Positions 12,204 through 23,312 of a DNA stretch of 64,000 bases are shown one piece after another (position 1 is the stretch's first letter; each line of letters opens with the position of its first letter). A model generated the notes under the pieces. It saw only the letters and a program-made list of their open reading frames with translations. It had not been told where the DNA came from and made no database searches. The stretch is taken from contig NC_092673.1 of the NCBI RefSeq assembly GCF_964355755.1, positions 13,798,948 to 13,862,947 on the forward strand. Reading direction: 5' to 3'. The stretch comes from Antedon mediterranea (lineage: Eukaryota; Animalia; Echinodermata). The position numbers and the translations under genes were made by a program.

Positions 12204-13476
12204 ATCAGGCTCTGAAAGCCTGGCAAAGGAGAATGATTGGGTGCTCAATATCCCAAATAATTTGCATAACAATAGAATGGTTGAACGTAAAATATATTTA
12301 CTATACCAACTACCGCTACCAATTGTGTTTATTTATAGTTATACATATATAGCGCCCTCTATAATTAACAAATATCTGAAGTGGTTGATTATTTGAAGTA
12401 CAAAATATTTTCACGCTGCTGCTCTAGCCCGCTACGTCACACGAGATGACTCATTCATTAGATGAAATCAAGCAGCTTTATAGTACTACACTTTGACATT
12501 TTTGTTAAAATGGAAACTCCACTATAATTTATTGGTACCACCTGTTGAATCCAAAAACGGCTGAGAAAAGAGTCTAACGACAAATCCCAAAGCATTCTGG
12601 TATTTATGAGTCCCATGATATAATTCGCTGTCAGATAATCATTGAATTATTATCAAAACAGTCCATTTAAGTTTTTGTTTGTAATAGGATACTTGAAGTA
12701 TCTAGGCGTGATGAAGTGACCCCCAGACTTGACCTTAGCAATAACAATAAGCGAGCAGCGTTTTTTGTAAGAAATATTCTTGTTTACTATACCAAATACC
12801 CCTACCATATCCACTATGTCAAAGGTCAATATCATTTTTATATAAACATCGCCCTCTATGTCTTTTCAACCCCCTTCCCCTTCTGGTATATGAATGACTA
12901 ATAAATGGCGCGATACTCAGGGCAAGCCTATAGGTCTTAGTGACGTCATAATATGTTATATAGCGCCCTCACACATCCATTACGTCATAATATTACGTCA
13001 TAGGATTCTAATCATAGTAAATATGGTTTAAATTCAACAGAATTTCCCCACATTTACAAAAATCGTGCGTGCGTCCAGTAACTTTAGTTGCGAATGAATG
13101 ACCGATTCTTACATCCTGCCTGGGAAGTAACTATGCATTTTGGCCCCTGGATGTAACAAGATACAACTGATGTTGATTAATAAACCGCAGTGAGCTAGTT
13201 GGGCCAACTTTACTTCTACAGCAGCGAATGTTGAAGTCATTAATGAATATATGCATATACTGTATCGTCAGAATGAAACGTCGCAATTACCTACATTATG
13301 CCGCTAATGAAGTAGTAGAGTGACAGCTGTATCGTACCGGTAGCTTACATTATCCTACGATTACTTTTTTCATCAATGTTAACTTTATGTTCAAGTCGGA
13401 ATCCAATAATTTAAAAAATTGTATTTGTCACTCCATAATTTTTAAAATCACTATCAACACATTTCTCTATCTCTAG

Positions 13477-13789
13477 ATCTTTCCAGAAACAGTACTCTCT
13501 GTTTTTCGGAAGTCTCCAACGTGGCGGAAGGCAGCAAGAATTTTGATAAATAGCGCGTTTAGCAAACTCAAAGGTTATGCAACACTTACAGGAACAACAA
13601 AAAGTAATAAACCATGCGGGAAACTTGATCCAAATAAAGTTGCTAGCATAATTGGTACGACCATATTTTGAATATTTTATCACAGAATATATACAATAAC
13701 TTCATCTAAGCGTTGAAAAGGGTGAAATCAGACAACTTATTGGAATTAAAGACTGCGACTTTCAAAGGAAAAATAATCAAAACGACTAG
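13477..13789 (+). pseudogene. BEN-domain remnant 3 (two exons)
   Basis: After AG 13475-76: IFPETVLSVFRKSPTWRKAARILINSAFSKLKGYATLTGTTKSNKPCGKLDPNKVASII. A short GT..AG intron spans 13655-13685, then EYIQ*LHLSVEKGEIRQLIGIKDCDFQRK. Confidence 0.72.
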
Positions 13790-15234
13790 CATTGAGCACA
13801 GAAATACTGCTGTTACATGAAAGCACAAAGGAATTGATTAAAATAAGTAAATGCCGTTGTGTTGCAGACTTGTGCAATTTGTTGATATCAATTCTTATTA
13901 TTCATGCATGTATTCATTTTCTGTGTAACAGGTTCGTACTACTAGCGTCATAGCTTTATCGCGTAGTATTTTCCGGAGCTGCAGCACTGGCACAAACACA
14001 ATAAAATCATCCATAGAGACAGTTCTTGGTTTGGAAAAGTTAAATTTGTTATTGAAGCTAGTAACAAGTCGGAAGGAGAAAAAACAAAAACAGTGTTACT
14101 ATTTAAGATAACATCAGTGATCGTATCATTAACGACAGTATAGGCTACTATTGCGTTGTGTCTAGTATAACAATCAAATAACTAATCAACTATATTAACT
14201 ATAGTAAAACAATTCTAAAATTAAGAGAGATAAAAATATAGATCCTTACCTATTAACCAGTCGGAAGGAGATGAAAACCTTCACTTTGGGCTAGGCACTA
14301 GATGTCATCCATTCCCAGTTGGGTACTATGACAATTTTTAACCGATGGTATATACATGTTATTTCGTAGTTTACAGACCGATTGTATTGTAACTCGAGTC
14401 ATACAAAAAATGAAACTATTAAAAATGCAAATCAATTAACAAAATCCCTTGTCCATTTATGAACTGACCCAAACTGAAACAGTATACGCCAAATATTCAT
14501 GACCATTTTCCGGCCACTTGGATGAGGTGACTCATCTATTTATAGCATGGTCACTGATCATTCCAGCTTTTACTTTAATGGGTCCCACAAGGTTTCTCAG
14601 ATTCAAGTCAGATTCAGCAGATAAATCATTCAAGTATTTGGGTATAAACATACCTGCTACCCTGTTACATCTGTACCAAACAAAACTACTTGATATTTGT
14701 TTTCGCATGAGCCATTACCATTTATAACGGATGGAATGGCCTAATTTAGCAGGCTTATTACTATTATCGATAACACTTTTGTTTGGAAAGTCATTATAAT
14801 ACTGTATGTTGAAAAAATGTGTTCCTTGTCCCCTCTCAAACACAATGATGCCCCTTTAATACACATCCCAAAATTCGACTCATGTTGGACTCAAATGTGC
14901 AACCAACATTACATGTACAGCCCCCGTCAGAGAATGCGTTCATTTTTATTTTTATTACAAAAATTTAAAAAAATAGATGTAGACAGACTAAAAGAGCTAT
15001 TATTTCAGCACCATTGGGTGGACAATAATGTTAATTGGCGCATATACGGGGGATGGGAGGGAAATAGGTGGTCGGTCATCCACTTATGTTGCATTAAGTA
15101 TTTTAAATAATGATGTGGCCCTGAATGGTAAGCTAACACCTAAAGGAGTTAACACAATTGCTGTATTCTACAAAACTGATTCGTGACAAAATCTTGAACT
15201 GAACATGGGCTACAAAAAGCAATCCTGGTTCAAT

Positions 15235-15557
15235 ACATTTGTACGTAGGAATCGGAAAACTGAATGAGAATGGCCATGTTTTACTTGGAGAGCAAAAGGC
15301 AGACTTTGCTCCTGTTACGCTAGCCAGAGAGAAGTACATTGCGATTTCAACCAACAATATTCATCAAGGCATTAATAGACAAATTGTTTCTAAAAAACAC
15401 CAGTGAGATGAGCCGGAGCAATTTTGGGGCTTTCTTCAACCAGGATGCGCTAGAAGACAGGATACCATATTAAGCCAGGTTGTTGACCAATTTAGGTATT
15501 CGGGAATTGAGCTGAACAAAAATCAACTTCGCAATGCTATCAACAAAAGGTGCTAAT
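15235..15557 (+). pseudogene. BEN-domain remnant 4, paralogous to the 24.7-25.1 kb BEN
   Basis: LYVGIGKLNENGHVLLG../IFIKALIDKLFLKNTSEMSRSNFGAFFNQDALE/TILSQVVDQFRYSGIELNKNQLRNAINKRC* aligns by eye with FVGEVDADGKLVIGG..LLLKALMSIVFSENEMANCNLGG..AIILQVQKQFGAAGFLLNNQELTETINSKC. Confidence 0.72.
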
Positions 15558-15624
15558 ACCACCACAAATAAAGAAACCTGTCTATTTTAACATAACATCA
15601 TACATGACTTTGCACAAGAAAACA

Positions 15625-17247
15625 TCATATCATATTATAACATGGAAACGCGCAGTGAGGAAAGGCTGCGGCATGAACTGGTTTTCCCAAAAATCTGGAG
15701 ACCCAAGTGGAGTTCATTTTGGCTGAAAATGTTTCCCTCCAAGAGAACATGGGGCAGCAATTCCTTAAAAAAGTTGCTTTAAATCCCTGGTTACAGACAA
15801 CTAAACAAACACAATGTTTTTCTGTAGAAACTATTTTACATAAATTGACTTTGATAGAATCCACAATGAAAGCAGACAATCTTGTAAGGACTTCAGAAGC
15901 TACATCTATAAAAAAAATCAGCATTACAAAATGATGATTTAATTCACCATAATCAACCTAGTGATGGTGATCACAATAATACACCCGATGATGGCAATTA
16001 CCATAATATACCTGATGATGTCTATCACTATTAACCTGGTGAGTTTGATCACCATAATCTACCTGCTGATAGCAATCACCAAAATCTACCTGCTGATAGC
16101 AAATACCAGAATGGTGGTGGAGATCAAAATGCCGAACCAAATGAACTGAAGGCTATTCGAACGTTAGTAAATAAAATTATCTTTGATGAATTTATAATTT
16201 AAATGCATATGCATATTTAAAATTCATGATATTATTGCTTACCTGTATAATCAAATCATAAGCCCACTAAGTACATATGTACAGGTTATGAAAACTGATC
16301 AGAATTGTTAATGTTTAGCATAAAATATTGTTGACAGGTTTACAGTGGAGGTGAACAGTGCCAGCCTGTATATTGCTGAGCAAAAAGCCAAAAAAAAACA
16401 AACTTTTAAATGAAGTTATAGACTTGGTATTTAGTATGGAGGTACTAGCCAATTCATGTGGACTAGGCCTTCGAAAACAAAACAATGAATCTAACAGGAG
16501 AGTATTAAAAAAAATTATCTGTTAGTGCCTTTAGAGGTACGTACCGGTAACTATATTTTTTTTTATTATCATCAAATAATCATCAAATTAATCACATCAA
16601 CATGTCACATATTGAATAGGAACGTTCCTTAAATATGGGCATACTGGTAAGAGGAGCGAGAGAAGGGAACATTGATAATAGAGAGAAAAAAACATGTGAT
16701 ATATCCTGTAAAATCTTCTTGTAGTTAATGCTGTTTAGCAATGGCAGATCAACTGGTGGTACGCAGCCAGGGCAGTCTTGATACATCCTTGCTATTACTG
16801 TACTGCTTTCAGCAATTTCATCTTTGGCAGGTCTATCACGATAAATAGCAAATCTTTTTGATTGTTGTACCTTACAAGATGAATGCTCCAACTTCTTTCA
16901 AACCAAACGCTTTCCACTATCTTTTACCAACTTCACTTTTTTGAAGATTTGTTCTTGGTTTTATAAAGTTCAGAAGAATTCTTAATAGGACTTGATGTAT
17001 CTGTAACATACTTCTGTTTATGCTTCTTCTGGTAGCTTTTTATTACAGAAGGGATCTGTGAAAACTCTGAGATGATACTCTCCACATCAGAATCGGTGTA
17101 AAAGTCAAAGTATTTTTCACGATGGCTATAAAGTACAATCAAACAAAGTTCCATGTAATGAACCATGTGAGACGCGAAAATATAATGACCACGCCCTGGT
17201 TTCAGAATTTTGCTCTTCTGGGATAAAAAATATCTTGAAAACGCCAC
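15625..17247 (-). pseudogene. Possible degenerate tyrosine recombinase-like gene
   Basis: Fragments GKRLV*KKL..VQQ..STVIARMYQD..FFSLLSMFP/SRS (candidate catalytic Arg) and NSTWVSRFLGKPV/SSLRVS (candidate box II). Recognition is tentative. Confidence 0.3.
15946..16110 (+). repeat. 27-bp imperfect coding-like minisatellite
   Basis: Units such as atcaccataatctacctgctgatagca translate to 9-aa repeats HHNQPSDGD/HNNTPDDGN/HHNLPADSN/HQNLPADSK. Confidence 0.7.
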
Positions 17248-17289
17248 AACTGAAGGCTATTCATAATGAGTATCTATTTCTTTTAAAAC

Positions 17290-17919
17290 ACTGTACAAGA
17301 CGAACGTACTTGCAGTCATTGCACAAAATATCCACCACAAAACTCAAGGTTCATGGAATTTTTGCGTAAATGTGAAAATCGAATGTTTACTCCGACGCCG
17401 AGTAGAAACTGCCAGGAACATTATTTCACTTGGATGGAAATGAAAACAAGAATAATCCATCTAAATGAGCAAATGATCGGTAAGAGTATGCACTACCATA
17501 TGCAGTATATGTACACTGCATTTAAACAAATATAATAGGCTGTATACAGAACGACAATAAATAGGCAATTAATTATTTATATTGACAAATGAAGAAAGGC
17601 AGAAGTTTAGAGGGGTTTATTTTTTTAATATGGATTAACTGAAGTTGACAATTAATGCATCTTAAATTATAATTAGTACAGTATTAGTAGGTTTATAAAA
17701 TTGTTGTGTAAAGGAATGTTTTTTATGGTAATGTTTAATATTGTTTTAGGTTTAGATGTCGGGTGTCCATCTGTCAAGGAAATGGATCTGCAAGAAAAAC
17801 AATGCAAGATGGGGTGCAGGTACGTATTCACATCGAAAGCAGATGCCATTAGGCACAACAGAATTGCCCATCACGGCCAGAGACGTGGGACCAAACGCAA
17901 GAATGCCAATGGACATTAA
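17290..17919 (+). pseudogene. Zator-like transposase C-terminal remnant with C2H2 finger (2 exons)
   Basis: DERTCSHCTKYPP..FMEFLRKCENRMFTPTPS..EHYFTW, GT at 17480, then GLDVGCPSVKEMDLQEKQCKMGCRYVFTSKADAIRHNRIAH. Confidence 0.55.
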
Positions 17920-18057
17920 AAGGTAAATTATTACATTTTGTACAATTGTTATTTACAGATAATGTTATAGATGACTATAAAGTTGGACATTAAAAGGTAA
18001 ATTATTACATTTTGTACAATTGTTATTTACAGATAATGTTATAGATGACTATAAAGT
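17911..18057 (+). repeat. 74-bp tandem duplication (2 copies)
   Basis: ggacattaaaaggtaaattattacattttg..gactataaagt begins at 17911 and again at 17985. Confidence 0.95.
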
Positions 18058-19138
18058 AGCACACCAAATAATAACGTTCAACAGAAACTTAGTTGTAGTC
18101 TGGGATTTCTGAAACATCTGATTTCTTCTATTTCTGAAATTAAAAAAAAATGTTTTTATTGTGAACAGTAGCTTCATCATAAATGTAATAAAAAGTGCAT
18201 CGACTAATTGGTTAAGTGAGTCTTACTTATTTTAAATAGTACAGTATTAATACTTGTAAAAACATAGATTTGAATGATTTGTTGGCTGTTTTTTGTTAAT
18301 AATTGTCCTTTGAGAGTGTTGAATGTTTGGCCAAACATTTCTGGTATGTGAAGAAAACAAAAGCTATTCTGACTCATTAGTGGTAGAAATAAACAGTTAT
18401 AATGATTCTTTACAATTGGCTATTTATAAACAAAAGTAGGCGGGATCTTCATTACCATATAAAACAACAGAGTTACAGAAAAGCTTCACCAAATGTTACA
18501 ATGCTTTCTCTAGGTAAACGAATACATGCTCTCGATCCAACATCAGGTTGCTGGCTTCTTGCAGTAGTTAAGGAGTTAAAGAGGACTGAAGTTCTAGTAA
18601 AATGGATTGGCTATACAGAGATGCACTGGGTTGACAGAGAAAAATGCAGAGAGCCTATAATTACTAGAAGGAAGTGTCAGTTTAACAAGTCAGCATTTCC
18701 AAAAATAAGAGATCCACAAAATTTGCAATGTGGTGTCGTCTCCATGCTGACCTTACACATGGTGAGCCCATGACAGACAAACGATCGTTTCAATTGTGAG
18801 GTAAGTTGCAAGGATACCCTTTTTATACTGCATACAATACGTTTTACTAGTAGCAGTACTACTAATAGTATAATGATATATTAAATTTTAAATATGAATT
18901 TAACACGTATCATTAATTCTCAAACTTTTATATATCATGAAAAGAAATCAAGTTTTTAAAAGACTAAAAATATTTTCAAATGTGTTTTACTTTTACCATA
19001 CGTAGAGTATATATATATTATTTTCGAACCTTTATGTTAGAAAATGAATTTTTAACTTTCCTCTGGAAAAATATTAATACCAAATATATGTTATTATATG
19101 TACTTTTTATGATTTGTGACGGGTTGTAGACAATTTTC

Positions 19139-19850
19139 CAGGGCTCGAAATTCACATTAGCAACACGATGCGACCCGAAACGTTTCGGCCCATTTTTTTT
19201 TAAGTCGAAATGTCAAAATTGTTAAAATCAAAATATTATTGCAGACAATTCCCCATCGCGAAAATGGTGTGCTGATCGTCGCTAAATTAATAGTTCGAAA
19301 ACAGCTTACAGCATTACTTAGGTGAATTTTTATTCAAATTATGTTTCTTACACTTCCTTGATAAATCCTTGGTTAATTGCTGTAAAATCAGTATAAATAA
19401 GTTGTGATGCCTCCATTAAAAACTTAAAAAGGTGCGTGTAATTATCCCCCACCACATGTAAACATCAGCCTCATGAGCAAGTGCCGTAGTTGTTCGTAAA
19501 CAAAATAGGTAGAGTCCATTAATAATTATGGGGTGTTTACTATTTACGAACCTATTAAACACGTGCTTCAACCATTGAGTAGGCAAAATATTCATTTAGA
19601 TTAATCCTTAAATTGACAATTGCATATTCTGTAATCACGTGACTGACATAATCGTCGGCAACGTACTAAATACACGCGATTTAATGTGTTTGGAAAAAAC
19701 TTGTGCTACCACATGATTCACGGTGCTATTCGTGTTTCCTTGATGTACAGCGGCGGCGTGTTAATAAAACATATGGTTTCACCAAATTGGTTCCGAATAG
19801 CCGTTGTCGACATATCGGTCGGCGGCTAGTATGGCGTGGCTAACCTAAAA
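19139..19850 (-). mobile_element. Partial copy of the CAGGGCTCGAAATT hAT-like element (intronic)
   Basis: Starts cagggctcgaaattcac. Bases 19170-19850 are largely reverse-complementary to 60680-61135. Confidence 0.75.
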
Positions 19851-20562
19851 TTTCATTCATCATATCAAGGCGCTAATTTTTTTTCATATAACCTAATTTT
19901 CTATAAAATAATCTTTAATTTGATACCAAATATAGTTTGATTGGTTTAATTTGAAAAAAATGGAAAAAAATCCTCTGCACTATGGAATTGCCCTTTTATA
20001 TTAAAGCTACAAAATATACACACATATTAGAAGTCTGATATAATTAAGCTTCATTTTTATGTTTTTGATTTCACCATGCAAACCTACTAACAATACATAT
20101 ATATACAATATTTCTCATCGATTTATGTGAAAAATAAATACTGTAGTACGTTACACTGATATAGTATATGTTTATAATCAATATACTCACTCAGACTTAA
20201 TTTTAATCAAGAAACCGTGTCTACCATTTTGAGATGTATACAGTTAACAATACATTATCTACAGGGTATCTTGAAAGTCGTAGAGCCACTGATAATTTGT
20301 TATTATAAACTACTTTCACTAAATTCAATTTTTTTTATTTTGTAGGTTGAAATGACAGATGGCACAATTATGCGATATGAATATTTATCAGAAATTAACA
20401 CTAACACCACTACTATTATCATCGAGCCAAAAAAAGCAAGGAAAGAAATGGCTATTCGTAAGATAGAAAAAGAGGCAACCAACAAAGAACAGGACACATC
20501 TAACAAGAAAGAGGAGAAAAGAAGAAGGAATAAGGAAGGAAACGAACGAGAATGAAAAGGCT

Positions 20563-23312
20563 GCTGTGGAAGAGAATAAGGAAACCAACGAGAAAGAAAT
20601 GACTACTGAGGAAGAGAATAAGGAAACCAACGAGAAAGGAGAGACTACTGAGGAAGAGCATAAGGAAACCAATGAGAAAGAAAAGACTACTGAGGAAGAG
20701 AATAAGGAAACCAACGAGAAAGGAGAGACTACTGAGGAAGAGCATAAGGAAACCAATGAGAAAGGAGAGACTACTGAGGAAGAAAATAAGCAAACCAACG
20801 AGAAAGGAGAGACTACTGAGGAAGAGCATAAGGAAACCAATGAGAAAGGAGAGACTACTGAGGAAGAAAATAAGGAAACCAACGAGAAAGGAGAGACTAC
20901 TGAGGAAGAGCATAAGGAAACCAATGAGAAATGAGAGACTACTGAGGAAGAGCATAAGGAAACCAATGAGAAAGGAGAGACTACTGAGGAAGAAAATAAG
21001 CAAACCAACGAGAAAGGAGAGACTACTGAGGAAGAGCATAAGGAAACCAACGAGAAAGGAGAGACTACTGAGGAAGAAAATAAGGAAACCAAAGAGAAAG
21101 GAGAGACTACTGAGGAAGAGCATAAGGAAACCAACGAGAAAGGAGAGACTACTGAGGAAGAGAATAAGGAAACCAATGAGAAATGAGAGACTACTGAGGA
21201 AGAGCATAAGGAAACCAATGAGAAAGGAGAGACTACTGAGGAAGAGAATAAGGAAACCAACGAGAAAGGAGAGACTACTGAGGAAGAGAATAAGGAAACC
21301 AATGAGAAAGGAGAGACTACTGAGGAAGAGCATAAGGAAACCAATGAGAAAGGAGAGACTACTGAGGAAGAGAATAAGGAAACCAACGAGAAAGGAGAGA
21401 CTACTGAGGAAGAAAATAAGGAAACCAACGAGAAAGGAGAGACTACTGAGGAAGAGCATAAGGAAACTAATGAGAAAGGAGAGACTACTGAGGAAGAGCA
21501 TAAGGAAACCAATGAGAAAGGAGAGACTACTGAGGAAGAGAATAAGGAAACCAACGAGAAAGGAGAGACTACTGAGGAAGAGAATAAGGAAACCAATGAG
21601 AAAGAGAAGACTACTGAGGAAGAGAATAAGGAAACCAATGAGAAAGAAGAGACTACTGAAGAAGAGAATAAGGAAACCAATGAGAAAGGAGAGACTACTG
21701 AGGAAGAGCATAAGGAAACCAACGAGAAAGGAGAGACTACTGAGGAAGAGAATAAGGAAACCAACAAGAAAGGAGAGACTACTGAGGAAGAGCATAAGGA
21801 AACCAACGAGAAAGGAGACTACTGAGGAAGAGCATAAGGAAACCAATGAGAAAGGAGAGACTACTGAGGAAGAGAATAAGGAAACCAACGAGAAAGAAAA
21901 GACTACTGAGGAAGAGCATAATGAAACCAATGAGAAAGGAGAGACTACTGAGGAAGAGCATAAGGAAACCAATGAGAAAGGAGAGACTACTGAGGAAGAG
22001 CATAATGAAACCAATGAGAAAGGAGAGACTACTGAGGAAGAGCATAAGGAAACCAATGAGAAAGGAGAGACTACTGAGGAAGAGCATAAGGAAACCAATG
22101 AGAAAGGAGAGACTACTGAGGAAGAAAATAAGGAAACCAACGAGAAAGGAGAGACTACTGAGGAAGAGCATAAGGAAACCAATGAGAAAGGAGAGACTAC
22201 TGAGGAAGAGAATAAGGAAACCAACGAGAAAGGAGAGACTACTGAGGAAGAGCATAAGGAAACCAATGAGAAAGGAGAGACTACTGAGGAAGAAAATAAG
22301 GAAACCAACGAGAAAGGAGAGACTACTGAGGAAGAGCATAAGGAAACCAACGAGAAAGGAGAGACTACTGAGGAAGAGAATAAGGAAACCAATGAGAAAT
22401 GAGAGACTACTGAGGAAGAGCATAAGGAAACCAATGAGAAAGGAGAGACTACTGAGGAAGAAAATAAGGAAACCAACGAGAAAGGAGAGACTACTGAGGA
22501 AGAGAATAAGAAAACCAATGAGAAAGGAGAGACTACTGAGGAAGAGAATAAGGAAACCAATGAGAAAGGAGAGACTACTGAGGAAGAAAATAAGGAAACC
22601 AACGAGAAAGGAGAGACTACTGAGGAAGAGAATAAGAAAACCAATGAGAAAGGAGAGACTACTGAGGAAGAGAATAAGGAAACCAATGAGAAAGAAAAGA
22701 CTACTGAGGAAGAGCATAAGGAAACCAATGAGAAAGGAGAGACTACTGAGGAAGAAAATAAGGAAACCAACGAGAAAGGAGAGACTACTGAGGAAGAGAA
22801 TAAGAAAACCAATGAGAAAGAAAAGACTACTGAGGAAGAGAATAAGGAAACCAATGAGAAAGGAGAGACTACTGAGGAAGAGCATAATGAAACCAACGAG
22901 AAAGGAGAGACTACTGAGGAAGAGAATAAGAAAACCAATGAGAAAGAAAAGACTACTGAGGAAGAGAATAAGAAAACCAATGAGAAAGGAGAGACTACTG
23001 AGGAAGAAAATAAGGAAACCAACGAGAAAGGAGAGACTACTGAGGAAGAGAATAAGGAAACCAATGAGAAAGGAGAGACTACTGAGGAAGAGCATAAGGA
23101 AACCAACGAGAAAGGAGAGACTACTGAGGAAGAGAATAATGAAACCAATGAGAAAGAAAAGACTACTGAGGAAGAGCATAAGGAAACCAATGAGAAAGGA
23201 GAGACTACTGAGGAAGAAAATAAGGAAACCAACGAGAAAGGAGAGACTACTGAGGAAGAGAATAAGAAAACCAATGAGAAAGGAGAGACTACTGAGGAAG
23301 AGAATAAGGAAA
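20563..23312 (+). repeat. 42-bp purine-rich coding minisatellite (~65 units)
   Basis: Unit actactgaggaagag(a/c)ataaggaaaccaa(t/c)gagaaaggagag encodes TTEEE(N/H)KETNEKGE. Confidence 0.98.

Noticed and set aside
14480-15130. Possible PWWP-like KYQVVLFGT (minus strand) and W-rich ORF 14817..15110
   Set aside because: The motif is too short and surrounded by stops, so it cannot be assigned.
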